From Candidatus Bathyarchaeota archaeon (lineage in GTDB: Archaea; Thermoproteota; Bathyarchaeia; Bathyarchaeales; Bathycorpusculaceae): DNA of 64,000 nucleotides. The stretch lies in assembly GCA_963775895.1 (NCBI GenBank), contig CAVZKL010000020.1:1-64000 (forward strand), given 5' to 3'. This document shows, piece by piece, positions 11,178-21,490 of the stretch. The notes under the pieces are model-generated. The model saw only the letters and a program-made list of their open reading frames with translations. It was not told the DNA's origin and did no database searches. How positions within the stretch are numbered: the stretch's first letter is position 1; each line of letters starts with the position of its first letter. Position numbers and translations under genes: made by a program.

Positions 11178-12115
11178 GAAAAAAAGTCTTCAGGATGCTT
11201 TATTCTGGAAACCTCTTCAGAGCTTATGCAAGGAATATTCTTTTCCTGTGGCCTTCGTCCATCCGTAATCAGTACTGGACGTGCTTTAAGGACCCGACTT
11301 ATGCTTAGAATTTCCTGAATGCGTCTTCCGAGTACCCGCTCTTCTGTGTCTGTGACCCCACCGATTATGAGCGGTTTTTCTTCCGTCACATTCAAGAGGA
11401 AATCGAAAGGTGCCTTTCTGACTGCCGTGATGTTAAGCGGAGAGAGTTTTCTGAAGATTCTGCTCAGCAACTTGTTTTTTGCAAATACGCGTTGAGCTGT
11501 TTTCAGCAGACGAGGTTTAGGTCGAATCTTTGGGTGCTCAAAGATGTCAATTGGCCGTGCGACTGGAATTTCGAGTGCACGCATCAAATTATAGGCCACA
11601 GTTACTGATGCTTTGGCCAATCCTCGCTCATAGCCGTAGACGGTTCTTCGTGATATGCCCGCCATTTCAGCTACTTCACCTATTGAGAGCCTGAGCTCTT
11701 GTCTTCTCTTGCTCAATGCGTCTCTGTCAATTTCAACGTGATATCCGCCTGGGCTGGCTTGCACCAATGGGCGAACGTTGTTGATGATGAAGTTTTCGAA
11801 GGTCTTAGAGTTGATCGCTGTGATGTTGTACCTAGTATAGACCGTGTCTTCTTCTAGGGATCTTTCTCGAGCGTCTTCGCCAACTATTAATGGAGCAGCT
11901 GAGAAGTGGTCCGTGATGCCTACGAGTTCCTGCGAGTCTTCCAGGGTCACGTTTCCGATGTCTGGCTGAATTCTGACGAAGACGACTGTTTTCTCTCTTC
12001 GAGCCACGAAATCAAAACAACTTGGACGAGAGATGCACCGTTCTGAGACGGCAAAGTTTGCTTCTTTGAGCATAGCTTCTACGGCTGCAAAGTGCTCCTT
12101 TCCCCCATAAGCCAT
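11174..12115 (-). CDS. Archaeal HTH-type transcriptional regulator (COG1395-like)
   Basis: SCFDFVARR N-domain, PGGYHVEID, XRE HTH LSIGEVAEMAGISRRTVYGYERG. Confidence 0.8.
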   Translation of the reverse strand: MAYGGKEHFAAVEAMLKEANFAVSERCISRPSCFDFVARREKTVVFVRIQPDIGNVTLEDSQELVGITDHFSAAPLIVGEDARERSLEEDTVYTRYNITAINSKTFENFIINNVRPLVQASPGGYHVEIDRDALSKRRQELRLSIGEVAEMAGISRRTVYGYERGLAKASVTVAYNLMRALEIPVARPIDIFEHPKIRPKPRLLKTAQRVFAKNKLLSRIFRKLSPLNITAVRKAPFDFLLNVTEEKPLIIGGVTDTEERVLGRRIQEILSISRVLKARPVLITDGRRPQEKNIPCISSEEVSRIKHPEDFFS

Positions 12116-12233
12116 TGAATCGCCATTAGAAAGCGGAACTATTTTGCAGGATATAAACATGCTAGTTGCCCCAGATCCCCTTTGCGTTCACGATCTACTG
12201 GTTAATGAAGCGCCGAATAATAGTTTAAACCTG

Positions 12234-12929
12234 TCACATTTGGGCGACTATCATCGCGTGAGCTTTGTCATACGGTTCCAGATGCACCACTTGCTCTATT
12301 CGAAAACCCTGGCGTTTCAGAACTCTTACTTCTTGTTCGTAGACTTGTGAGGGTTCTTTGGTCACGTCTATGCTCTGGGCTTTCACGGCAAGCATCACCC
12401 ATCCTGATTCTTTGAGAAAGTGTTTGGCGTTGTCCGCCAGAACCTTTGCTTGTTCTGGTTGGGCAATGTCGCAGTAGATGTCGTCGACTTTTCCTCGTAT
12501 GAACATGGCATATTTCTCTGGAAAACGAGCGTCTTCAAGTATGGGCGACATGTTCGTTCTGTAAGGACACACGTTGTCAACAAGGTCTCTTATGGATCTG
12601 GAAGCGAACTCAACGCAATACACGTGCCCCTTTTCTCCGACTATGTCTGACACGTGGCTTGCGGTTGTGCCCGACGCTGCGCCCAAGTAGAGAACCGAAT
12701 GGTTAGGTTTGATTGGAACAGTCTCCAACCCCTTGAGAATGGCACCTGCGAGTTTGCTCCGGAACGCGTCCCAGACCCGGTACTCTGTACCTTCATATCT
12801 TATGAGCCTTTCACCGTAAACGTTTCTTCCAGGCGAAAGGTTCTTTGTAGCCAGTCTCTGCGAACCATCTTCTAGAGTTAGGTTGTATATTCCTGCAAAC
12901 TTCGGGTGATGTTTGATCTTAACGTTCAC
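12234..12929 (-). CDS. flpA: Fibrillarin-like rRNA/tRNA 2'-O-methyltransferase
   Basis: VYGE, YRVWDAFRSKLAGAI, VLYLGAASGTTASHVSD, DIAQPEQA; probable GTG start at 12929. Confidence 0.95.
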   Translation of the reverse strand: MNVKIKHHPKFAGIYNLTLEDGSQRLATKNLSPGRNVYGERLIRYEGTEYRVWDAFRSKLAGAILKGLETVPIKPNHSVLYLGAASGTTASHVSDIVGEKGHVYCVEFASRSIRDLVDNVCPYRTNMSPILEDARFPEKYAMFIRGKVDDIYCDIAQPEQAKVLADNAKHFLKESGWVMLAVKAQSIDVTKEPSQVYEQEVRVLKRQGFRIEQVVHLEPYDKAHAMIVAQM

Positions 12930-14163
12930 GTCTGAATTTTCTCCGCTTGTCACGTCTTTGCCTTTCGTATCTGGGCGGTTCACGTCTGGGTTTTGGCGGT
13001 GGCAGCGGTGGAGGTTGATCGTATTTCTGGTGTATCTCATCGATGCGTCTGTCCATGTCCGTTTTCAGTTCAGCGCCTATGTGTCTTCCACCGAAGGCGT
13101 CTGCTCTTGCCGCGATGGCCAATTTTCCGGCTACGGCTCTTGCGATTTTCCCTCTCTGCCACTTCTTTGCATCGTGCAGCAGAGTGTGTTGAAAAATCAG
13201 TCCGTGTTTCGGTGGTCTTGTACCCGTCTTGAGCGATCGGAAAAGTGCTTTTTCAGCTCCCAAGACTTGAATGGTGCTTGCGGGCCTCTTGGCGAGGTTC
13301 ATTAATCCTCCCGAAATCGCAATCAGACGAGCGCCCAGAAGTGATCCGACGAGGAATTTGATGTTAGGTGCAACCTCTTCCATGGTCGAGTCCAAGTATT
13401 TTTCGAAGTTGTCTCTGAGTTTATAGAGGCCGAGTATGTCTTGGCACAAAGTCTGAATCTGTTTCAGGTCCATCTCTTCAAGGTCCGCACCCATCGATTT
13501 TTCAGCCACTTTCGCTATTGCCTCGGCCTTGGCCTTTTGCACTTCTTCTTTTTCGAGATTCTCAACCGTGAAGTTGTCCTTGCTACCGAGGTCAACGACG
13601 AGTCTGGCGTAAGTTTCGTGCTTTTCCAGTAAACGATCCAGCTCAGGAAAGTGTATGCCGTACCATTCTCGCACTCTCGCCATGAGCATATTTATCGTCT
13701 TGTCCAATTCGTCCAAGCTCTGAATGGCTTGAGCAACGACAAGATCTCTCTTCTCAACCGCTCCCTTCACTCGGAGCTTTGTGAGTTCGACCGTAACGTT
13801 GTGAGTCCACAAGTTGAATTCTTCAAGGTCTTTCACGAACCCTGATTTGATCGCGAACTTTTCGGGTTGAGAACGGAGAAGCTCACCCGCTTCGGAAGGC
13901 GTGGCAATTTCCGTTTGAACGTTGAGCTTCGCTTCTGCTTCCTTCGCGAGGTTCGCGTTTTCGAAAACAAAAGTGTCATAGCCTTTTTGTTTCAGCGCGT
14001 TGATCAGGCTGGAGACTTCGTTGCTCGTCTTTCCAGCTTCTATTTTGATCAGTGTTCTCACCGTGGTTTGGGGCTTTTTCGGGAACAGTGTTGTGGCTAT
14101 GAGTTTGTTTTCGCTGTCAAAAGCGAGTACACCGAACGTGCTTTCGATTATGGTCACTTTCAT
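12919..14163 (-). CDS. nop5: C/D box methylation guide RNP subunit Nop5 (Nop56/58)
   Basis: REWYGIHFPEL, PASTIQVLGAEKALF, PKHGLIFQH, RGKIAR. Confidence 0.95.
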   Translation of the reverse strand: MKVTIIESTFGVLAFDSENKLIATTLFPKKPQTTVRTLIKIEAGKTSNEVSSLINALKQKGYDTFVFENANLAKEAEAKLNVQTEIATPSEAGELLRSQPEKFAIKSGFVKDLEEFNLWTHNVTVELTKLRVKGAVEKRDLVVAQAIQSLDELDKTINMLMARVREWYGIHFPELDRLLEKHETYARLVVDLGSKDNFTVENLEKEEVQKAKAEAIAKVAEKSMGADLEEMDLKQIQTLCQDILGLYKLRDNFEKYLDSTMEEVAPNIKFLVGSLLGARLIAISGGLMNLAKRPASTIQVLGAEKALFRSLKTGTRPPKHGLIFQHTLLHDAKKWQRGKIARAVAGKLAIAARADAFGGRHIGAELKTDMDRRIDEIHQKYDQPPPLPPPKPRREPPRYERQRRDKRRKFRRER

Positions 14164-14303
14164 CCGAACGCCTCAGAACTACTATTGCTAGGGTCAGCAC
14201 TAATAAAGACTTACGTGGAAACGAAAAGAGTTCGCAGACGCGAGTTTAGGAGAACTAATATAAGTGGTGATCGTAACAAAAGGCTGGCCAAGGTGGGCAA
14301 ACG

Positions 14304-15224
14304 TTGAAAGACGCCGGTCTAAACGTCAATTTGGCGGGCTTAAAACTCGCCAATCCGACGATGCTGGCTTCCGGAATCCTTGGGTATTCGGCTGAGACTT
14401 TCGAAACCATTGCCAGAGGCGGCGCAGGCGCAGTTGTGACCAAATCAGTCGGAATGAAACCGCGCGAGGGGTTTGCCAACCCGACAGTTGTTCAAGCGGA
14501 TTCTGGACTGATCAACGCGATGGGGCTTCCAAACCCAGGAATAGAGGGGTTTGTAACAGAAATTCGTCAGGCAAAGAGGATCTTAAATGTCCCCTTGGTC
14601 GTGAGTGTTTACGGCTTCTCTGCAGAAGAATATGCTTCTGTGGCGAGTAAAGCCATCGGAGCAGGTGCCGATGCGATTGAGGTCAATGTTTCTTGTCCCC
14701 ACGTTTGCGAGACAGGTTCGGAGATAGGTCAGAACCCAAAACTTCTCACGCAAGTCGTTCGCAAAGTCAAAGCAATCGTGGGCAAACCTGTCTTCGCAAA
14801 GTTGTCGCCAAACGTGACTAGCATGGTGGAAATTGCGGAAGCCGCACAGATGGCTGGAGCAGACGCATTGACGATCATGAACACTGTAAAGGCTTTGGCA
14901 ATAGACGTTGAAACGATGATGCCGATATTGGCAAACAAGGTCGGTGGTCTTTCAGGGTCAGCCGTGAAACCCGTTGCGCTCAGGCACGTTTACGAGGTTT
15001 ACGAACGGGCCAACGTGCCAATCATAGGATGCGGTGGAATAAGCGATTGGCGTGACGCCGTTGAATTCATGCTCGCGGGCGCATCTGCCGTCCAGATAGG
15101 CACTGCCATAGCCATCAACGGACCCAGCGTATTCCGGAACGTCACGAGGGGAATTGACACGTACTTGAAGAAGAAAAGGTTCAGGAGTGTGAAGGAAATT
15201 GTCGGGTTATCACACCGCAGCTAA
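14304..15224 (+). CDS. pyrD: Dihydroorotate dehydrogenase, catalytic subunit (class 1B)
   Basis: LASG, NAMGLPNPG, NVSCPH, KLSPN, GGLSG, AVQIGTA. Confidence 0.95.
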   Translation: MKDAGLNVNLAGLKLANPTMLASGILGYSAETFETIARGGAGAVVTKSVGMKPREGFANPTVVQADSGLINAMGLPNPGIEGFVTEIRQAKRILNVPLVVSVYGFSAEEYASVASKAIGAGADAIEVNVSCPHVCETGSEIGQNPKLLTQVVRKVKAIVGKPVFAKLSPNVTSMVEIAEAAQMAGADALTIMNTVKALAIDVETMMPILANKVGGLSGSAVKPVALRHVYEVYERANVPIIGCGGISDWRDAVEFMLAGASAVQIGTAIAINGPSVFRNVTRGIDTYLKKKRFRSVKEIVGLSHRS

Positions 15225-16028
15225 CCTTCTCAGGACAACGCAACTCATAAGCGTGAAATCAGTGAGCCCGACAGTCAAGACGCTTGTCGTTCAGGGACAA
15301 AGAATGCGCAAGAGCCAAGCCAGGTCAATTCCTGATGCTCTGGATTCCAGGCGTCGACGAGATTCCCTTCAGCGTACTGGAAGCTTCCGAAGATGGAGTC
15401 GTCTCTGTGGCAGTCAAGAAAGTGGGCGAAGCAACAAGCGCTTTGCATGAGAAGAAGAAAGGCGACACGGTAGGTGTTCGAGGCCCCTTCGGCAACAGCT
15501 TCAATGCAAAAGGAAGAAAGCTGCTCATGGTCGGAGGAGGAACTGGAGTAGCTCCGCTTCTCTTTCAGACCAGAAGAACGATCGCCAAGAATGCTCACAC
15601 GACCTTTGTTCTGGGGGCAAAGACAAAGAGCGAACTGCTCTTCTTGACCGAACTCGAGAAACTTCCGAAAAACAACTTCCGCCTGGTGACTTCAACGGAA
15701 GACGGAAGTTGCGGCATCACAGGGCTTATGTGTCGAGCCTGTGGACGGGATCTTGTCGAAAGAGAAGTTTGACATGATCTTTGCTTGTGGCCCTGAAAAG
15801 ATGATCGTTAAGGTTTTTGAGCTGGCTGAAAAGTATCATGTCCGTTTTGAGGCGAGTCTGGAACGTCTGATGCGGTGCTCAATCGGGCTCTGTGGAAGCT
15901 GTGTAATCGGCAAGTATAGGGTCTGTGCTGATGGACCTGTTTTCACTTTCAAACAGCTGAGAGAGATGAGGGGCGAGCTGGGAGTTACGAAGCGAGATCG
16001 TTACGGACGAAAAGTCCCCGTAGATTGA
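15199..16028 (+). CDS. pyrK: Dihydroorotate dehydrogenase electron transfer subunit (frameshifts near 15290 and 15730)
   Basis: PGQFLMLW, RGPFGN, GGGTGVAP, ACGPE, MRCSIGLCGSC...VCADGPVF across three frames. Confidence 0.9.
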
Positions 16029-16054
16029 CCTAGCTTCAGACTACTTTCGAGCGT

Positions 16055-16109
16055 GCTCCTTGATGAGAGACTGAGTCAAAAGGCTGGAAAACTCGCTATC
16101 TGATAAGGA
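16055..16109 (+). ncRNA. Weak candidate C/D-box sRNA
   Basis: TGATGA at 16061 and CTGA at 16100 with TCCT/AGGA closing stem; intergenic between pyrK and mtnP; D'/C' boxes poor. Confidence 0.25.
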
Positions 16110-16164
16110 AGAGCAAAGGTGCAGTCGCTATTTTTATTAATCGAAACGAGGAAAGTGAGGTCTC

Positions 16165-16950
16165 ATGAAGGCTGAAATCGGACTTATCGGCGGATCGGGT
16201 CTCTACGACCCGACACTTCTCAGCAACGTCAAGGAGATAAAGGTACACACCCCTTATGGGGCACCTTCTGATGCGATCTCCATCGGAGAATTGAAAGGAA
16301 AACGCGTAGCATTTCTGCCGCGCCACTCAAAAAAGCACACTATAAGACCGACCGACGTCAATTCGAGGGCAAACATTTTCGCCTTCAAGAAACTCGGCGT
16401 TCAAAGGATAATTTCAGTCTCAACGGTCGGTTCTTTGAGGGAAGACTTCAAACCCGGAGACATAGTGCTCATCGATCAGTTCATAGACAGAACGACCAAG
16501 CGGGAGCAATCATTCTATTCGGGTAAGAAGGTGTGCCACATATCGGTGGCCGAACCAATGTGCCCCGAGCTCAAGCGAATTCTGGTGAAAGCCGCGAGCG
16601 ACATAGGCGTCGATGTCCACGATGGTGGCACCTACGTTTGCATCGAAGGACCACGATTCTCGACGAGAGCCGAATCAAAACTGTTCAGGACATGGGGCGC
16701 GGACGTTGTGGGTATGACTCTCGTCCCAGAATGCGTCCTTGCCCGAGAGGCCGAGATATGCTATTCCACAATTGCAACAGCCACAGATTATGATGCATGG
16801 AAAGAAAAGCCGGTCAGCGCGGACGCAGTCCTGAAAATAATGAGGGCGAACGTGGAGAAGGTCAAGAGATTGGTCGTTGAAGCAGTCCCAAAGATACCGA
16901 GAGAAAGAAAATGCGAATGCAAAAACGCATTGCGCAATGCACTGGTTTGA
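16165..16950 (+). CDS. mtnP: S-methyl-5'-thioadenosine phosphorylase
   Basis: IGGSGLY, TPYGAPS, LPRH, EGPRFSTRAES, VGMT, TDYD. Confidence 0.93.
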   Translation: MKAEIGLIGGSGLYDPTLLSNVKEIKVHTPYGAPSDAISIGELKGKRVAFLPRHSKKHTIRPTDVNSRANIFAFKKLGVQRIISVSTVGSLREDFKPGDIVLIDQFIDRTTKREQSFYSGKKVCHISVAEPMCPELKRILVKAASDIGVDVHDGGTYVCIEGPRFSTRAESKLFRTWGADVVGMTLVPECVLAREAEICYSTIATATDYDAWKEKPVSADAVLKIMRANVEKVKRLVVEAVPKIPRERKCECKNALRNALV

Positions 16951-16977
16951 ATTACTCGTGCGGTTGGGAGTAGAAAA

Positions 16978-17511
16978 GTGGAACAACTGGATCTGAAATC
17001 AAAAATACGGCGAATAGCCGAATTCAGAGGTGTGGTGTTTTGGGACATCACTCCACTTCTGAAAGATAAGCGGGCCTTTCGAGAATCTGTAAAACGGATT
17101 GTGAATCACTACCGTGACAAGAAGATAGACGTCGTGGTGTCGAGTGAAGCCAGAGGCTTCATCTTAGGGGCACCGGTTGCCTACGAGCTTGGGGTCGGTT
17201 TTGTTCCAATCCGAAAGAAAGGCAACCTGCCTTCAAGCACGGTGAAGCTTACTTACGAAAAAGAGTATGGACCCGACACGATAGAGATCCATGAAGATGC
17301 AATCGAGCCAGGGCAGAAGGTTCTGCTTTTTGATGATCTGCTGGCCACTGGTGGAACGATCAAAGCCAACGCGGAATTAGTTGAGAAACTGGGCGGAAAG
17401 ATCGTTGGCTTGGGTTTTCTGATCGAGCTTGAGTATTTACACGGAAGGGAGAATCTCGAAGGAAAGTATGAAATATTCTCCATCATAAACATCAAGACTC
17501 CTGATGGATGA
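16978..17511 (+). CDS. apt: Adenine phosphoribosyltransferase
   Basis: DITPLL, EARGF, RKKGNLP, EYG, DDLLATGGT. Confidence 0.93.
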   Translation: MEQLDLKSKIRRIAEFRGVVFWDITPLLKDKRAFRESVKRIVNHYRDKKIDVVVSSEARGFILGAPVAYELGVGFVPIRKKGNLPSSTVKLTYEKEYGPDTIEIHEDAIEPGQKVLLFDDLLATGGTIKANAELVEKLGGKIVGLGFLIELEYLHGRENLEGKYEIFSIINIKTPDG

Positions 17512-17618
17512 TTGGCCCACCCAGTCAGATCACACTCGTCCAACATTTGCACGCAGGCAAACAGTAGACTTTAAAGAATGCCCATCATTATTCTCCTGAA
17601 CCTCGAGTATGAATTGTC

Positions 17619-18620
17619 ATGTCTGAATTTGGTTCAAGTCACGACTCTCATTCTGACAAAGCTATCGTAGCGGAGCATCTGTGCAAAGTCTTCGACGTTA
17701 CGAAGGGTTTTCTTCGGCGAACAAGAAGCCAGGTTGTCGCAGTCAAGGATCTTTCCTTCGAGGTTGACTATGGCGAACTGTTCGGTGTGATTGGCCCGAA
17801 CGGGGCGGGGAAGACGACGACGATCAAGATGTTGACGACCATGCTCCTGCCCACGTCCGGCAGGGCAATCGTGCTGGGTTATGATTGCCAGAAAGAAGTC
17901 ACCAAGGTCAGAGAGAGAATAGGTATCGTCTTAGGAGGCGAAAGAGGACTTTACACCCGGGTTAGCGCAGTGGAAAATCTCAACTATTTTGCTGACCTTT
18001 ATGGAGTCCCGAAGAGTGTCCGTGATAAGAGAGTGAGAGAACTCTTAGAATTCATGGGGCTTTCAGACAGGGCACACGACCGTGTGGAGACTTTCTCCAA
18101 GGGTATGAAACAGAGGCTGCACCTGGCGCGAGGGTTGATCAACGACCCTGAAATCATCTTTCTAGACGAGCCCACGCTTGGGTTGGATCCCGAGATTTCG
18201 ATAGAAACAAGGCGCATGATCAAGGAACTGGTCGAGAAAGGTAAGACCATCCTGTTGACTACGCACTACATGTTTGAAGCAGACGAGCTCTGCAAAAGGG
18301 TAGCGGTCATCAGAAATGGCGAAATTGTCGCTCTCGACACTCCTTCCGGACTCAAGAAGTACGTGATGGACACGAGCGTCGTGGAAGTTGAAGGCTTCGG
18401 AATTACAGAAAAGGAAGTCGCCAGGTTCAAAGAAATTCCAGACGTCGTGTCAGTGAGCGCTGACTTGGGCGAGAATAAGCAGGTCCTGAAACTTCAGACA
18501 CCCAAGGGTTCCGAAATAATCGCTGAGGTGCAACAAATACTGAAGAACTGCAAAATATACGACATAAAAATAAAGGAACCCACGCTTGAAGACGCTTACC
18601 TGCGACTCGTGGAGGGTTAG
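17619..18620 (+). CDS. ABC-2 exporter ATP-binding protein
   Basis: GPNGAGKTT, FSKGMKQRL, LDEPT, TTHYM, EPTLEDAY. Confidence 0.93.
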   Translation: MSEFGSSHDSHSDKAIVAEHLCKVFDVTKGFLRRTRSQVVAVKDLSFEVDYGELFGVIGPNGAGKTTTIKMLTTMLLPTSGRAIVLGYDCQKEVTKVRERIGIVLGGERGLYTRVSAVENLNYFADLYGVPKSVRDKRVRELLEFMGLSDRAHDRVETFSKGMKQRLHLARGLINDPEIIFLDEPTLGLDPEISIETRRMIKELVEKGKTILLTTHYMFEADELCKRVAVIRNGEIVALDTPSGLKKYVMDTSVVEVEGFGITEKEVARFKEIPDVVSVSADLGENKQVLKLQTPKGSEIIAEVQQILKNCKIYDIKIKEPTLEDAYLRLVEG

Positions 18621-18632
18621 GGGAAGCCGTTA

Positions 18633-19446
18633 ATGCCGCAAACTATGAGAGTCATATACAGCCGCGTTCAGGATGGCCATGCTTCATTGGATGGCAGATC
18701 CGCAGTGGGTCATTCCGAACATCATCGCTCCTTTTGTCTTCACCACGGTAGCTCTAATGCTGTTCAAAGATTCAGCGGGACCATTCGGTTTGTACGCTGT
18801 TTTGGGCGGAGGAATGATGGGCATGTGGGGCAACACCATATACTCTTCGGGCTTTGCCATTGAATTTGAAAAATGGCAGGGGACCCTTGAGGAAGTTATC
18901 GCGGCGCCTGCAAAGCTCATTCACGTGATGACTGGAAGAGCCATTTCAAACGCCCTCTTCGGCCTCACGAACATGCTGGCCGTACTGCTTATCGCCGAAG
19001 CAGTTTTCAGGGTGCCCCTTGGAATAACTGATCCATTGCTTTTCTCGGTGTCATTGATTCTCACGCTCCTTTCAGTTTCAGCCCTTGGATTAATATTCGC
19101 TTCTGCCTTCGTGCTTTCACGTTCCGCTCAAGCTTTGACCAACGGGCTGGAAACTCCACTCTACATCGTGTCGGGTTCGATGTTTCCGATTGCTTTGCTT
19201 CCTTTCTGGATTCATCCAGCGGCCTACGTGTTGGGTCCAACATGGGGAATAGATGCAATCAGGCTGGCCAGTAGCGCCAGCTATGTCTCGCAGAGTTTCT
19301 GGGCGGGCTTTTCCGCGGATTTCGCAATGTTTCTGGACCTGACCGTCATGATCCTGATCACGTTGGCTTACATCCTCGTAGCCTTTGCGCTGTTCAGGAT
19401 TGTGGAGAGAAGAGCCAGAATCACGGGCAGCATGGTGCAAGCATGA
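18633..19446 (+). CDS. ABC-2 permease (frameshift near 18670)
   Basis: EKWQGTLE, SGSMFPI..LP, multiple TM. Confidence 0.85.
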
Positions 19447-20225
19447 AGAACCTGAATGTTTTTCTGAGCAGCGCAGTCTTCTCGTTCCGCGCTCAGTTTG
19501 ACTGGTTGAACCCTTCGATGTGGCTCACCATGAAGATCGTTCTGTCGTTGTCACAGATGGCTTTCTTCGCCTTTGTCGGACTCTTCGCAGGAGCATCAGT
19601 GTCGTTCATAGTGATAGGCAATGCTTTGCAGAGCGTCTCCTGGAACACGGTTTTCTCGGTCATCAACATAACGGGACACGACAAGTGGGACGGGACCTTG
19701 CCGCTCGTACTGGCGACTCCTGCCAACAGGCTGCCACTTTTCATAGGCAGAGCGATGATCCACGTGTTCGACGGCATACTGAGCGCAGCAATCTCCTTCT
19801 TCTTTGCAGCCTTCATATTCGGCGTAGACTTCGGGCAATCAAACGTGCCAGCACTGGTTCTAACTGTGCTTCTAACGGCATTCACGATGGCTGGTTTCGG
19901 ACTTCTCATCGGAGGCCTATCGTTCTTCTTCAGAAACCCAATGGTATTCGCCAACATTTTCACCTTTGTGCTTCTCATTTTCTGCGGCGTAAACTTTCCA
20001 GTGGAAAACCTGCCTCTGACAATTCAACCGTTTTCGTACGTGTTTCCACTCACCTACGGCGTCACCGCGGCAAGAAACGCCATCGCCGGAGCGAACTTGA
20101 TTCAAATCGGGCCGACTCTTGCCCTGCAATTAGCCGTCGGATTGGTCGCAATGGGCATAGGGTTTCTCTTCTTCAGATCTTTCGAAAATAGTGCAAGAAA
20201 AACAGGGAAAATAGAAGCTGTGTGA
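19443..20225 (+). CDS. ABC-2 permease
   Basis: DKWDGTLP..LATP, CGVNFPVENLP, PLTYG. Confidence 0.88.
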   Translation: MKNLNVFLSSAVFSFRAQFDWLNPSMWLTMKIVLSLSQMAFFAFVGLFAGASVSFIVIGNALQSVSWNTVFSVINITGHDKWDGTLPLVLATPANRLPLFIGRAMIHVFDGILSAAISFFFAAFIFGVDFGQSNVPALVLTVLLTAFTMAGFGLLIGGLSFFFRNPMVFANIFTFVLLIFCGVNFPVENLPLTIQPFSYVFPLTYGVTAARNAIAGANLIQIGPTLALQLAVGLVAMGIGFLFFRSFENSARKTGKIEAV

Positions 20226-20438
20226 ACCAAGACCCTGCAGGCCAATTTCTTCTGAGGAAGATACTCAAATTGCGTTAGGTATTGATTTTTGAAAACTTTT
20301 GTTGTAACCAATGTTGTTGGTGTATTCATTGATTTCTGAGGTGTTGTTGTTTCTGCGCGCGCGGAACTAGCGATGTGTTAGCGAGCGTCAAAAACTTATA
20401 AATAGAATATCAAATAATTCCAAGGAGAGGCAATCAAA

Positions 20439-20651
20439 ATGTCGATAGACATTAAGCTTGAACGTGGAGTTAAAGGGTACAATATTGTTAGAAAAAAATG
20501 TCCGAACTGTGGTGCAGAATTCGTCTTCAAACTTCATAAGAACGCAGTTCATGATGTTGGCGGAGACGCGCTATATTATCCTGAAGAAAGCGTTGTTCGC
20601 TGCAAGATTTGCATGAGCACGTTCAAATATGAAGCTAAGCCGAAGGGTTGA
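20439..20651 (+). CDS. Small Zn-ribbon protein
   Basis: CPNC...CKIC; GGAGAGG RBS-like sequence and TTATAAA box upstream. Confidence 0.7.
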   Translation: MSIDIKLERGVKGYNIVRKKCPNCGAEFVFKLHKNAVHDVGGDALYYPEESVVRCKICMSTFKYEAKPKG

Positions 20652-20675
20652 AAACCAAACACGCGCGTGCAATAC

Positions 20676-20975
20676 CTAGTCGCTCGGCTTCACAGTACGA
20701 GTGATAATGTACATGAAGATGCCAAGAACAACCAGTCCCAATCCCCCATAGAGTATAAAGCGGCTTAATGCAAACATATCGAATCCAAATGTGCGTTCGT
20801 ACCCCGCGAGTTCGTGCGGCGATAAAATGTTCGAGACGATAAGGCCGAAAAAAACCCCTACCAAAGCGATGATTATTCCAATCCCGATCAGCGTAAAGAC
20901 ATTCTTCTGGAACCCCATTCTCCAGTCTCTACTCAACTTCTGGCTTGTATTCATCGAATCTACCGCCAACTCCAC
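20676..20975 (-). CDS. Small 2-TM membrane protein
   Basis: Two hydrophobic helices; start uncertain. Confidence 0.6.
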   Translation of the reverse strand: MELAVDSMNTSQKLSRDWRMGFQKNVFTLIGIGIIIALVGVFFGLIVSNILSPHELAGYERTFGFDMFALSRFILYGGLGLVVLGIFMYIITRTVKPSD

Positions 20976-21088
20976 TCTGTTACATCCTTAACTCGGTTGG
21001 GAATCAGCAAGACGCGCGCGCCAATGTTGTTGGTGTGTTGGTTTTAGATTATGTTTGTGTTTGCGCGCGTGTTTTAGGTTCTTATCAC

Positions 21089-21490
21089 TTAAATTGCGAT
21101 GCGTTTCCTCTTTTTTGTAAGCTTCTCCCGTTTGTCGTCAAGATATCTCAGTGAGAAGCTTGCGACCGTGGCTGATGCGGCGCCAACCAGGAACACGAGA
21201 ACATTTGCCGTGAAAAAGCCTATGACGAAAAGCACCATGCCGGCACCTGCTAGGGCCCAACTGGTTTTCTTGTCCCTCGTTGTCTTATCGATCTTGTCGT
21301 CCAAGTACCGCAGCAGAGCATCTCCTTGACTTCCATCGATTGTTCCGATGTATTGATGTTCGCATTTTGCTGAGCATATCGCAAGGTCCAGTTTTCTTTC
21401 GTTGAACAGGAATTTTGAAGTCATTTTCCCACAGACGAGGCAGGGCCTTGTTCTCCTCATCAGACTATCCGCTTCTGGCTCTCGATCCAT
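21089..21490 (-). CDS. Hypothetical protein with Zn-finger (CxxC...CSxxC) and 2 TM
   Basis: CLVC, CSAKC, C-terminal hydrophobic hairpin; overlaps the chelatase stop. Confidence 0.7.
   Translation of the reverse strand: MDREPEADSLMRRTRPCLVCGKMTSKFLFNERKLDLAICSAKCEHQYIGTIDGSQGDALLRYLDDKIDKTTRDKKTSWALAGAGMVLFVIGFFTANVLVFLVGAASATVASFSLRYLDDKREKLTKKRKRIAI

Larger units (their letters stand above)
20308..21071. repeat. Imperfect direct repeat (~55 bp) with a perfect 16-bp core CCAATGTTGTTGGTGT, each copy ending in a (CG)n run
   Basis: Cores at 20308-20323 and 21021-21036; CG runs at 20355 and 21063. Confidence 0.8.
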
